From: Camelus ferus
Lineage: Eukaryota
Direction: 5' to 3'
DNA length: 64,000 nt
Assembly: GCF_009834535.1 (NCBI RefSeq)
Contig: NC_045717.1
Location: 27,032,001-27,096,000, forward strand
Part shown: piece after piece, positions 24,101-36,100 of the stretch
How positions within the stretch are numbered: the first letter of the stretch is position 1
Layout of the letters: every line of letters starts with the position of its first letter
The notes under the pieces: generated by a model
The model's input: only the letters and a program-made list of their open reading frames with translations
The model's database searches: none
Told to the model about the DNA's origin: nothing
Translations under genes and position numbers: made by a program

Positions 24101-27100
24101 AGGCCCTTGCCACCCTTGTCAAGGCCTCTGTCCCCACCCCACCACTCTGCATCAGCCCCAAGGGCTCTTCTCGCCACCCCCTCCCGAAGCCCAGCAAACT
24201 CTATCCCACCTCAGGGCCTTTGCATGTGCTGTCCTCACCCAGGTTTGCTGGTACCCACACCCACTGTGTATCTGTTCACCTCCTCTGTGGAGCCTTCCCT
24301 GTCCCCTCCCTGCCCTGCTGGATCCTGTCTTGGCCCTCTCTGCATCTCTGGGTGTTTTCGTTTTTTTTTTTTTTGGAGTCTTTATCACAACAGTAATTAT
24401 TTAAATGAGTAATCTGTGAGGTTGGGATTGAAGGGCTGGCTGGCTGGGAAGTTCCCAGGACTGAGTGCCTCTGGCTCAGGATTTGCCCCTGCAGCCCAGC
24501 TGGCGCTGGCCAGGCCCCTAGGTAGTTTCCCAGATGGAGGGAGGCTGGGCCGCAGGTCCGTGGGCTGTGGGATGAGACCCGGCCCTGGACGGTGCCCCAT
24601 CAAACCAGCGTGGGTCCGCGCTGGCCAGGCGGGAGAGGGGCGCGTACCTTTGGTCTCGTCCTCGTAGACCTTGACGCCCTGAGGGAGGCGCTCCCGGGGG
24701 AGCACGGTGGCGCTGGACAGCACCCGCGTCTCCCCGGTCACCTTGTCCTTCTCCACCGTGATCTCCACCGAGTACATGGCTGGCACGAGAGGCACCGGTT
24801 ACGCTGCGGCCCACCTGCCCACGTGCCCCCCACCGGGGTGCAGCCAAGCCAGGGAGGGGAGCCGGCAGCGCAGAGCCAAGCAGCGGGTGCCCTCAATGCG
24901 GCCCTCCCCAGCTCAGCGCCCGTCCATGGCTCCCGAGTGCCGCGGGCGTGGGGTCTGAATCGCTCTGCTCGGCCTCCAAGGCCCCCTGGCAGCCCCACTC
25001 GGTCTGCAAAGCCTTAGAGTCCAGTCAGTTGGAGAGGCATGCCTTGCCCACTCCAGCCATGATTTGAACACGAGTCTCAAGCCTGTGCGCCCAGCATCCA
25101 GGCCTGCCCGCCCGCTCGCGCTCTGCGCTGCACGTCTAAGTCGACCACTCCACGGGGAAGACGGGATGATTCCCTCCTGAACTGAATGAGGTCCTTATCA
25201 GCTAGGGCCAGAGATCAACCTCCAGCATCTGCCCTCGCTCTGCAGAAATCGTCACCACGAACACCACACGGGGCCTAGCAGTGAGCCCCTGGCCCCCAGC
25301 TCCCACCCCTCCCCCTCCACCACCACGCCCAAGAGCCCCCCTGACCGGCGCATTCTCACAGACGTGTCCGTTCTCCCTCCTGTCTCACCGCCCCCACCCC
25401 CAGCCCCTCCGCTGTCCATCTGCAAACCCTGTGGGCGCTGCCTTCACGACACCCAGACCCGACCACTCACCGCTCGTCCCTCTGCAGTCCCTGCTGGTGG
25501 GGGGAAGCGCTTGCCCGCACTATTCCTCCCCACCTTCTCACCATCCCTTCCCCCCACCCCGCCCCTCCGGGACAGGCGGTCCCCTCTGACCCGGTCTCCC
25601 AGCCCTGCCCACAGCCTGTTCTCCCTATCGCCACCAGAGGGCGCCGGTGAGCACCGACGGGGCGCGTCCTTGCTCGGCCCACCGGCCTCCAGGGCTCCCG
25701 CGACCCTGTCCGAGTCTCCCGCACCTCCGGGCCCTGCGTGGCCTGACCCACCCGGTCACCTCCTCGTCCTCACTGCCTTCCTCTCTCCCCATCACTTATT
25801 CCCCCCCAAACAACACGGGCTTCCCCGCGGTTCCTCCCACCTGACAGACAGTCCCGACTCCGCCTTGGCACTGGTGGTACCCCCCGCCTGGTGTGCCCTC
25901 GCCCCAGATGTCTGCATGCCTTGCTCCCTCACTTCCTTTGGGTCCTTGCTCAAATGTCACCTCCTAAGTTAGGTTCCCCACCCCTCCACCGTGCTCTCCC
26001 TTCTCTTCTCCATAAGGAAACCGTACAGGTTGTCGTCCCATCAGAACATGGGTTTGCTCAGGCTGCACCCCTCATGCTGGGCACACAGCAGGTGCTCAAC
26101 AAGCATCTGCTAAGTGAATGAGCGAGTGACTGTTATTTAAAACCACGTCTCTACACAGCCTAAGACCCCACTGTCAGACGTACAGTTAGGCAGGCTGTGT
26201 ACTGCACGAGGTCCCTGGCTGAAGGGACAGGTGAGGGCATCTGACTCAGTGCTGGCCAGGGCTACTCAAACAGGCACTGACGCCCTGCAGGTGCCCCTCC
26301 TTCTCTGGGAAATGCTACCCTCCACCTCCCTCCTCTTGGGGCAACACCCCTGCACCCTCTTCCTCACCCTGGGCTTCCTCTCCCTCCCCACATGCGGTCA
26401 CATCCTGGTCTTCACTCCCCTCCCGGGTTTCATGCCTCCAAACTTAGTCTAGTAAGAACGGCGGCAGCAACAAGGCTCTGCTGTTTGTTGTGACTTGTCA
26501 CTCAGACTGGGGTCTGTGCTGGGCCCTGGGCAAGACGGCTCTGCAATCCCACCCCTCCAGATTATGTGATCAAGCAGGGATTTGAACCCTGACCTTGTAG
26601 AACTCTGAGTGCTAACCCTAACTCTTCCCTGCTTGGTAACCCCCAGGGACGGGCACTCCCTCCCTCCCCAAAGGCAGCCTGAGGGTGGTGAAGGAGGGGT
26701 TTGCAGGGAGCGAGTGCAGGCGTGTGTGAGCGTGTGCCGCTCCCACCGAGCCCAGGAGCGAGCGACGAGGTTAAGGGGATGGAAGCCATGAGGGGTGTCA
26801 GGTCAGAGCCGCCATGCGAGGGGGCCCATCTTCTCGGGGAAGCTGGGCCAGCTTGTGACGGAGGTGCCAAAGCTGAGGGGGCACCCAGGCCCTGCCCAGG
26901 CTCAGAGCTGTGGCCTTGGTCTAGCCGCAGCCCCCATAACCACAGCGCTCACCAAGTGCTGCTGCACCCGACCTCACCCTGGCCTGCCAGGCCCCCCAGG
27001 GCTGCCACTCGGCCTAGGATGGTGGCTGGACACAGGTCTGAGCCCCAGGGCCAACCCACCTGCCTTCATCATGGTGGAGCCTTCGACCATCCTCATGGGG

Positions 27101-30100
27101 GTGTTGGAGATTCTCTTCTCTGCTCGGGGGCAAAGGATGGAAAGACAGAGGTCAGAGGAGAGATCACACAGTCTCCCCTACCCCCAGACTCCTGGACACT
27201 CCCAGACATGTGTAAATGACTCCCAGGCACCCAGATAACCCTCCCACACACCTGCCCAGATACCTGGCCCCTCCCCCTAAACATGCATACACCCAGACCC
27301 TCCACACAGGTGCGCATGCCCAGAACCCCCAGACACACACAGACTCCCTCCCTAAAAAGAAAACACACTCCAGCCCCACAGCCCATTCATTGTACATCTC
27401 TTGGTCCAAATAGTTTTCACAAGATCCCTGAGAGGCCTGCATGGATTTTTTCTTAATTATTAATTTTTAATTCCACAGTAAGACAAGCAGACACTCTCTT
27501 CTTGTGAATAATTAACACATGACAAATCAGGCCCAAGGCGCTCTGGCTGCCACCTCCAATCCTGGCTGGTGGCTCCCCTTCCATGCTTTAGACACAGAAA
27601 TAGACATGTTTAGTATATATTTTAATATATAGCTTATGCTGTAGAATTTTACATACTTAATAACTTAGTATTACATTTAATAAACTTATGACTAAATGTA
27701 TATATTTAAATGTCATGTATCCATGGGAAATACTTGCAAATGTGTATATTTATATACCTGCAATAAACTTATGAGGGGCATAAAATGGATCCCAGAGTTC
27801 AAACTTTGAGCTTTTTTCTTTGTTTCCTGGATGGTGGTCTTCCACGTCTGTGTGTGTGAGACCTTTGTCCTTTTAAATGGGGCAGGGTCTCCCGGACAGC
27901 CAGGACTGTGATTTCTCACCCCCCACAGGCCCCATCTTACAGATGTGAAAACCGAGGCCCACCCACCTGCCCAGGAGCTCAGAGCAGGTGGGTGTGGCTC
28001 CCTGGGGCGGGGGTGGGGGCACCCCACCTGGACCCAGAGCCTCAGGTCGGGGCTGAGCCCTCATCTGTAACGGGTGCTGCAGAAACTCCAGCCCAGGGAT
28101 GTTATGAAAATTACGTTAAATGACCATGTTGGGCACTGGGCCAGGCTCAAAGCTGCTGAGGACAAGGACAGCCAGAACCACTGTGCTACTGTTTTACTTA
28201 ATCAGCAACAGTAACACCTTGAAGGCACCCCCTGGCCTGCCACCCCTTCCCTGGCCACCAGAGGGCGCTAGGGCCCGGCCGCCCCTTCCAGACGACATAC
28301 CTTTGGGCGTGCCCACCGGTGTCTGCAAGAAAGAAGGCAGAGGGGTCAGGAGTGGCGGAGGGCCCCCTCCCGCTCACCAGGGTCCCCTCCACGGGGGGCA
28401 GGAGCCTGGGGAGGGCCTGGCTCAGCGGTGACCCCATCACAGGTGCCGTCTCCTCCTGGACCTACCCTCAACCCTGCTCTAGCCTGTGACAGCCAGAAAA
28501 GTCCCTGCGGCTCCCAGTATTTCCAGAAACAAAGTCCAACCCTTCCTGGTGACCCCCAGGCCCTGGGTCAGCAGAGCCCTGCCCACTGGCCTCTCCCTCT
28601 GCCTCCCACCTCTGGCCTCTCTGGCCTCCTTGCTGTCCCAGGGCCTTTGTGTGCAATGTCCTTCCACTTGGAAGGCCCTTCCTGGATTTCTGCTTGGCCA
28701 GCTCCTTGCTCAGCTCCCTGACCACCCAATCCCAATCAAAAGGTGGCTCCCCGCCCCCCATCCCGTGGCTGTCCCCCAGGTGACCATGGTACTCGCCCTG
28801 TCAGTATCTGTCTCCTCACAGGAGGCACGCATCACGAAGGAAAAGACCATGCCAGCCAGTCTGTGCTCAATCACCCTCACTGGAAACCCCCTCTCACCTC
28901 GAGTCCCTGACTAGAAAACTCCTGCTCAGCCTTCAAAACCTTCTCTGGGAAGGGCGCCCAGTCCTCCCATGAATCAGACACCTCACTGGGAACTCTACAG
29001 TGCCCTGTGCTCCCCCACAATAGGTCCAACTGCCTTCCTGTGTTGGCGTGGCCTGATACATCTGCATCTGCCTGCACAACCACAGCCCAAGAAGGCCAGG
29101 GCCCGGGTCTGTGTCCTCCTGGTCTGCCACAACCAAGCCGACACAAGAAATGAGGGCCAGTCTGCAGGCTCCAGAACGAGGCCCTCAAACAGCAGTTGGT
29201 GATGGACCAGGACAGAAACAGGGACGCTGGCTTCCGTGGCCCTGCCCTGAGATGGGGTGGCATCTCCTGGCTGAAGCCCCTCCGGGGTTGGGACAGCGAG
29301 GATGGGTGAGGGGAGAGGAAGTGGGTCCCCCAGGCCCTCTGAGTCCCAAAGACAACAAAGGGGGTTGGGAGCCTCCAGAATTTGTGTTAACATGCTGTGG
29401 CGGACATGTGCTCTGGGTCTAGAGTTCTAGGGTCCGGTTTCAACAGAGCCTGGTACAGACGCCAGACCCCAGAATCCATGGCTGAGCCCAAGAAAGACCG
29501 TTCTTCAGCTGTGTGGCCTTAAGACAGTCTCTCAACCTCTCTGGGCCTCAGTTTTTGTCTTCCACCAAATGGGAACACTGCTCCCACCTGAGCAGGCCAT
29601 CCTGAGGATTAGACAGGTGACACCTGTTGTGCTCGAGGAACATAAGGATGACAAGAAGCAGGTGGTATTTGGGGAAAACTCTCTACCAGTGAAGCGCTGC
29701 CATCTACTGACTGACTTACTTCCGTGACACCCCCCAGAGGGCGGGGAAACAGGCCCAGGGAGGCAAAGCACCGTGCACAGGGCACACGGCAGGGAGGTGG
29801 CCAGGCTGGGATTCAAAGGCTTTAACATCTGCTCGAGCCACCGGCCACAGCCACGGGGAGGCGCTGGAACATCTTTGGGGCGGGGCCAGCAGGGTGGCAC
29901 CCCTGGAACCATCACCTCTTACCTGCTGAGAATTCAGCACCACCTCTGCCTTCTGGTCCTCCTGGGCCGGGGGCGGGGCTGGGGCCGGGGCGCGGGCTGG
30001 GCTCGGGGCTGCTGTGCCCTCCTTGGTGGCAGGCAGCGCATCGGGGTTCTCCAGCTCCTCAATCTCCTTCTCCAACCTGGGAAGGGTGCAGGAGGTAAGG

Positions 30101-33100
30101 CCCCCTGGCCTTGGATGTTCGCTAAAAGCCCCGGGGGCTGCCTCACTCCTGCTCACATGTAGGGAAACAGGCATGACAGAGAATGTGGGCAGCCAGCAAG
30201 GGCCAGAGGCGGGGCCTGAACCTGGGCTGGCGGGTCCATGGGTCCCTTCCCTGGGGCTGGGGTTCACCCCTCTGTCTGCTACCAAGAGATTCTCCTTTTT
30301 TTCCACTCAGATACATTTATCTTTACAGGAGGTTTTCTCTCTCCAGGGAAACTGGAAAGATCACTTCACTTTCCAAGTATTGGAAGATAACGGTGCCCGT
30401 ACACCCAGTGAAAACAAAACTGGCATATTCACTCCCACCGAGGTGTCACCGGCCTGAGGCTTTGGGCTGCAGGTGTTAAAGGCACTCAGCCTGGGGGTGA
30501 GGGGGGCATTCTCTCTGGAGGCTCAGGACAGACTGAGGGGAGTGAGTCTGCCGCCCCTAACACAGTGAGCCCAGATCAGCAAGATGGATACAGCAGGGTC
30601 AGCCTGGTGGGCTTCCTGGAGGAGGCATCCAGGCCGGAACACTGAGCGGGCAAAATGCAGGTAATGGAATCACCTGAGGAATGGGTTGCCCCAAAAGGAA
30701 GAAAGCCAAGGCCCCCAGAAGCCAGCCATGCAGTAGGGCATATGGGAGACCCTCCCCCTGCCCAGGGAGGCACCCAGCAGGTGGGATGGCCAGGAGCCCA
30801 CCTTGTCCCAGCCCCGGTGGCTGGTCACTCCCACCGACCTTCCATCCCACCTGCCAGTGCCCCTCTGCCTGGTCAGTCCCTGCTGTCTTTCCCAGATGCA
30901 GCGCAGCCCCATCTCCTTCCAGGCGCACAGGTTACCCATGGGGAAGCTGAGGCCAAGGTGGGGACCCCAGCTGCCAGTCCCCAACTTTTTCCCAAACCAG
31001 ACACATCTGGATGGGATCTGGAGGTGCCTATGGTGGGGCCTAGGGCTGGCACATATCTCTGGGCCTCCCTGGCCCAGCAGACATTTGGAATTTTGGCTGT
31101 CACTTCCCTCCGCCTGACCCCGCGGCCCCAGGACTGAGCCTGGGCCTCCCGTCTGCCCACCTGCGTGCCTGGAAACTGCTCTGGGCCTTTTGTCCCAGCC
31201 CAGGGAGACGGGATGGTCACTTTCCCCAGCCTGCCCCCTCCCCCGGCTTCCTGCAGGCCCAGCTGCCTGGGCCTCCGTGGCCTCCATGGCCTCCATTAGA
31301 GCCAGGAAGAGCCAGCTGGGCTGGCGCCAGGAAGCCCCCAGGGAGGCAGGCAGCTCCCATCCTCAGAGACGCGAGAGACGGGAGACCCGCCTGGACTGTG
31401 CATCCCTCTCACACCTGCTCTGCCGGGTGGCGAGGGGAGGAGGGGACGCACACAGCCCCTGGGGCCCGGGTAGGGGGCCTGCCCCCACCACGCGTTCCCC
31501 GAGCACTGAGGGTCTCCCACCTCGGCCCAGCCCCAGCACCCGGCAGGGGGCAGGTCCCGCAGCCCCGCCCACCTGGAGATGGAGCCCTCAAGGATCCGTG
31601 CCTTCTGCTCATCCTCCTGCATCTGCCTCCTCATGTCCTCGTCCCCCTCAGAGGCGGAGGATGGCGTCCCCTCCAGCAGCCAGCGTTCCCGCAGCGCCTT
31701 GGACTGGGGCAGCAGGAGTCAAGGTGAAAGTCAGGGGCACAGTCGGGGTCAGAGTAAGGTTGGGGCCCGGGGTCAGGGTCACCCCAGCTTTCCTGCTCCC
31801 CCAAACCCCTGTATCCAGCCGAGGCCCGGGGTCCCTGGGCACTGCTGTCCCCCCCAAGCCCAGACTGGCTTTGCGAGGGGCACGCCTGCCCCGTACCTTC
31901 AGGTGCTGCAGCTGCCGCCGGTCGTCCTCCAGCTGCCGGCGCCTGCTCTCAATCTCTGCTTGCCTCCTCCGCTTCTCCTGACCGGGCGGCATGGGCGCTC
32001 AGGGCGGCGTGGGCCGTGGAGCCCCCGCCCCGCCTCCACTACCCAGGCCTGTGCCCAGGAGGACTTCGCTTTTTCTGTCAGTGGCAGCCACGTGACCCCC
32101 AGGGCCCCCACCTGCTCTCCAGCCTCAGTTTCCCCACTGCAGGTGGGCTGTGCTGGGGGTCAAAGAGGACTTTTGGGCTAAGCATCCACACTGAGGACTA
32201 AGGGGTCTCTGCATTTCCGTTTTGTGGGAAAGGCCTTCAGGCACTCAAGTTTCCCTCGCCACGCCCTGGTTCTGAGTACCTGGGGCCCCAGGTTGGGTGT
32301 GGGGAGCCCCTGAGACCCCAGGTTTCCCCAGCCTCCCCGCACTGGCCACACTGTCTCAGGGACTGGGGAGAACTCACTGCAATGGCCTGAAGCCGCTCCT
32401 GCTGGGATGTTGTCTCTGCCACCAGGACCCTGCGGGGACAGAGAAGGTCAGGCCGAGGATCCAACCTACCCCTGCTTTCGGCAGATCTGGTTTGAATCTC
32501 CACCCTTGTCTTTGAGCTGGGTGAACTCCTCAGTTTCCCTTCTGTCAGGTGGGACCCTTCCCCACCACCTCAGAGGCAGCACCAGTCTCTCCATCCATCC
32601 AATCTCATTAATTCTCCTGATAAATCTTCCCAATAAATCCGGGAGAGGGCAAGAGACAGGAGAGGTGAGGCTCCATCTAGAGACCCGAGAAGTGTTTGGG
32701 GAAGAAAGAGCACTGGAGGCTGGGCTCTGAAGGATGCATAGGAGTTCCCCAGGAATCAAAGCCTGGAGAAGAGTGTCTCAGGAAGAGCTGCATCACCTTT
32801 CTGCCCAGATGGAGAGACCGATCAAGACAGACCCCTCCTCAGCCTCCCACCAAGCATTCTCCAGCCCTGGGAAGGACACTTGGAGGAGGAAGGACCCGCC
32901 AGCCCCACCTCCCAACCCTTGAAATTCAAACCCAAACTCCCTTTCTCACCCAGTCAATGTCTTTTGAGAGCCCATGTAAGGCAGTTCAGCCTTAAGCTGG
33001 TATGCAGTAGGAGCTGGATAAATGTCAGTATTGCCAGGTGCGCTTAAAGGGACAGGGCTTCATGCTGTGAGGATCTGGGGCCTTCCAGTGGGGCACAGGG

Positions 33101-36100
33101 GCCAGCAGGGGGTCCAGGACCTGGAGGATGAGTCATCTAGGCCCCTCCCCCCTCTCCTGCACCCCCTCTCCACCTGGGCCCTCCCTTCCTGGTCGCTGGT
33201 GGGTCCCTGGAGCTGCACACAGTAGGTGTAGAGTGAAATGCTCCCGCCAATCAAGCCTGGAACAGTCTTTGCAATGGGCTTAATAGTCACCTCATGGTTC
33301 CAGGGCCTCTGTGACAATGCAAAAATGGGGGGAGGGCAGGGTTCTTGAGCCCAAGTGGGGGGCTTCCAGATTGCCTGCCTCAAATCCCAGTGATCACAGG
33401 GCCACTCTGGGAGGCGCTGATGGGAGGCCTAGTCTCACGGGGGGAGCTAGACCCTCCCATCTGCCCCAAGCCCCTTATCTTCACAGGGACTGAAATCACA
33501 GACTGTCCTTCAGACCCCGCCCACCCCTCGGCCTCGTCTCAGGGTCTGGAGCCACCCCGGGGCCTCCAAAGACCCTCTGCCCTCCTTGGCCTCGGTTCCC
33601 CATCTGCACACCCCACCTGCACACCCCATCTAAACCCTCCCTGTTATGCCCTCCTCCTGCTGTGGGTCAGAAGGGAAGTAGGCCCAAAGTCACATACTGT
33701 GTCTACCCCAACCCAAGCCCCTGCCCTGCCAGGCAGCTACTCAGTGGACATCTATCCTGTGGCTGCAGTGCCCCATCCGTCCGCCCCACTCAGGTTCAGT
33801 TTCCTGGCCTCGCTGAGGCCTGTGAAGTCATCTGGCTCCCATGCCCCAGCGAGGTGACCCCACCCAGCACCTCCTTTCCTGTCAGGAGGCACCTGCCCCT
33901 CTGTGCCTCCCAGGGGCCCAGCAGTATCAGCCACACCCTCTGCAGCTTCCCCCTCTCCTTCCTCAGGGAAGCTAGGTTCAGCTGGGTGGAGTTCAAGAAA
34001 GGCTTGATCCAGCTAGATGGCTCAGCTGCCCTTCCTAAAGGGCCAGATCTGCTGGATTTCTAGGTCTGCCCAGTCACCCTGGGTGACTTGGGCAGGGGGC
34101 CACCCCCTGTGTTCCCCACATCAGCCCACCCCCTCTCTTCTTGAAAACCCCACCTGTCTCACCTCACCCTAGGCCTCTACCATTACTCACCACCACCCTG
34201 TCCCCTGACAGCCCACGACCAGAGGCAGCTTCTCAAAACAAGAATCTGAACCAGTCACTCTCTGGCTCTCAAGCCCCCCTGGCCCCCATCACCCCTTGAA
34301 AGAAGCCACAAGGCCAGGGTTGCCCAGCCTCCATCCACTTCTCTGCCCTGGTGCCCTCGGCTCTTCCTCTTGTTCACTCTGTTCCAGCCACCAGGACCTC
34401 CGGGATGTGCCCAAACTGCACCAAACCTACTCCTACCTCAGGGCCTTTGCACTTGTTCCCTCGGCCTGATATGCTCTTCCCATAGCTGGAAACCAAGGCC
34501 CAGAGAGGGTGAGTCACTTGCCTTAAGTCACACAGCTAGAAAGTAGCAGAGCTGGGATTTCTGCCCAGCTCCAGGCCACACCATAGGGCTTCCCTTCTCC
34601 CAGCTCTAGTGTGGCCTCCAGGGACCCACCCAGGAAGGAGGCAGAGTTGGGGGAGGGGGCAGAACAGCTGAGACCCCAAGGCAAACAGGGCCATGGCAGG
34701 CAGAGGGACCAAGCCACCTAATGTTGGGTCCCCATTCTGGCGGCCAGGTGGCGGTTCAGGCTAGACACGGGGACATAGGGATGGCGGTGAGGTCAGCTCG
34801 GCAGGCTTGGAGACAAGGAGGGCAGTGTCCTCGCGGGGCTCGCCAGTCCCTGCTGGGCCAAGCCAGGGCAGAGGAAGGTCAGGCGGGCACAGAGAGGTGA
34901 GGGCCGGCTCAGGAAGAGAACATCCATCCCTTTCCACCGGTGATGCTGTCACAGCCTAAGGGGCTCAGGCCTGGGGGCGCCAAAGCCGTCGCACCCGGCC
35001 CCGCCCCGGGCGGCCGCAGCAGCCTCGGGTGATGGATGGCGGGGCCCGCGGGAGGCGGTTGCCCTGGTAACCGCGCCATCTCCACGGCAACGCCGAGGCC
35101 CAGCGGGCTCGCGGGGGTGGGGCTGGCGCGGAGCATCTCCCGCCCCCGGCCCAGCGCTGGGGGGCTGAGGGGCTGAGGGGATTCCTGCCCCAGGCCTCAG
35201 GGGCTGCCTAAATAGGGTGGGATTTGGTTGGGTAATGGGGTCTACCCCACCCCCCCCCACTGCGGGGGGAGGGGGATCCCCTTTCTGGTTTCAGGGCTGC
35301 GCCCAAGGAGGGGCTTCTATCCAGGAAGGGTCTGGACCCACCCTTGGCGCCAGGCAGCCAAGGTCAAGCCAAGATAAAGCTCAACATCATAAATCCGAAA
35401 AATAGAACAAAATAGGACGATGGAGCCCTAATAAAACAGTGATACAATAGGAACATCCTCTCCAGAGCTCACCATCTTCTGCGGGCGGGGCTCACCCTCA
35501 CTTTACAGAAGGGGAAACTGAGTCAGGGGAGGAGCGAGGCCTGTAAATATTTGCTAAGCCTCCAACCTCCTGAAGGTCCTGTGAGGCACGTGGGATCATT
35601 ATGGCCGTTTTATCAATGAATGAACTGAAGCATCAGAACGGTGGAGCGAGGACCTGGACCCAGGCAGGCTCCGGAGCGCACTGAGTGCAGGGTCTCCCGG
35701 AGGTCTGGCGGGGGGCAGAGCGCAGCAGGGGTTGGAGGGTGCAGGATGGTCAACAGGATGGTGGAGACTCTCACTTCCGCTCAGGGAAGCAGGGCCAGAT
35801 TACAAAAAATCTTAGAAGCTGGGCAGAGAAGCTGAGTTTTGGCTAAAACGCACTGGGGAGGGGTTAGAGCAGCGGGTCAGTTTTCCCCGCTGGCTGTGTG
35901 ACCCGGGCAAGTCACTTGCGTCTCTGAGCCCTCCCTTGGCTCCGCTGCGCGATGGGCCACAGCTCGCAGCTGCTGGTGGAGAGACTTGCCCTCCGCCAGG
36001 ACGCCCACCTTCTGCGCGCAGGCGTCTGGTTCTTGCGCGGTTATTTTTTACGGCACATGGAGCAAATTCTGGGCTCGAGCAGCCTTGTGGGCGGCTCGAG

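Noticed and set aside
27430-27830. AT-rich island in PALM intron 6 (similar islands near 3520, 14800 and 40100)
   Set aside because: Probably decayed DNA-transposon or L1 remnants. I could not assign a family or find terminal repeats, so no claim is made.
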